A DNA stretch of 64,000 nucleotides. Origin: an uncultured Candidatus Saccharibacteria bacterium. GTDB lineage: Bacteria; Patescibacteriota; Andersenbacteria; UBA10190. Shown here piece after piece: positions 63,978-64,000 of this stretch. A program made the translations under genes and the position numbers. The notes beneath the pieces are model-generated. The model made no database searches. It had not been told where the DNA came from and saw nothing but the letters and a program-made list of their open reading frames with translations. Position 1 is the first letter of the stretch. Every line of letters begins with the position of its first letter. The stretch is from positions 351,994-415,993 of the forward strand of contig CAZSUC010000001.1 of assembly GCA_964610055.1 (NCBI GenBank), written 5' to 3'.

Positions 63978-64000
63978 GTGGTCTTGGTCGTAATCAATTA

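Noticed and set aside
1-64000. CRISPR arrays, rRNA genes, IS elements or transposases
   Set aside because: No periodic direct repeats with spacers, no rRNA-like conserved stretches, and no DDE or tyrosine-recombinase signatures were identified in any frame.

Overview
This is a bacterial chromosomal window of about 42-45% GC, densely coded, with many short overlapping operon junctions. The gene content (two sortases, many small membrane proteins, a compact dcw cluster, an archaeal-type aaRS) suggests a small-genome bacterium such as a Patescibacteria/CPR-like lineage, but that is inference. Supported content, in order:
- Translation genes: rplY (bL25/Ctc), prfA-prmC, rpmE, rpsB-tsf, rpmG (L33, missed by the >=60 aa ORF track), rplJ-rplL with a structured leader, and rplU.
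- Seven tRNA genes: Tyr-GTA, Thr-TGT, Thr-GGT, Trp-CCA, Val-CAC, Glu-CTC.
- Cell envelope: an mraZ-rsmH-ftsL-ftsI-Mur ligase block with MraZ-type GTGGG operator repeats upstream, murB, mltG, a GT2/MraY-WecA/DUF192 polysaccharide block, and two sortase paralogs.
- Replication and repair: recR, dnaB, cysS, and lexA followed by a PIN-domain gene.
- Heat shock: a canonical CIRCE-hrcA-grpE-dnaK-dnaJ operon with a membrane protein inserted between dnaK and dnaJ.

Most notable observations:
1. An archaeal/eukaryal-type TyrRS lies next to a class-I (short variable arm, C1:G72, A73) tRNA-Tyr, in the conserved bacterial thrU-tyrU position.
2. An unannotated 59-aa histone-fold protein resembling the bacterial HBb/Bd0055 histones.
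3. A roughly 60% GC single-gene island flanked by a terminator.
4. A membrane-anchored ClpA/ClpC-like AAA+ protein whose D1 ATPase module has lost its Walker motifs.
5. A PP2C-like/beta-propeller transmembrane protein.
6. A tRNA-Glu-adjacent accessory region: thioredoxin-like protein plus DUF318/ArsP-type permease, LuxR regulator, glycoside hydrolase, and a frameshifted remnant.

No CRISPR array, rRNA, integrase or transposase could be supported.
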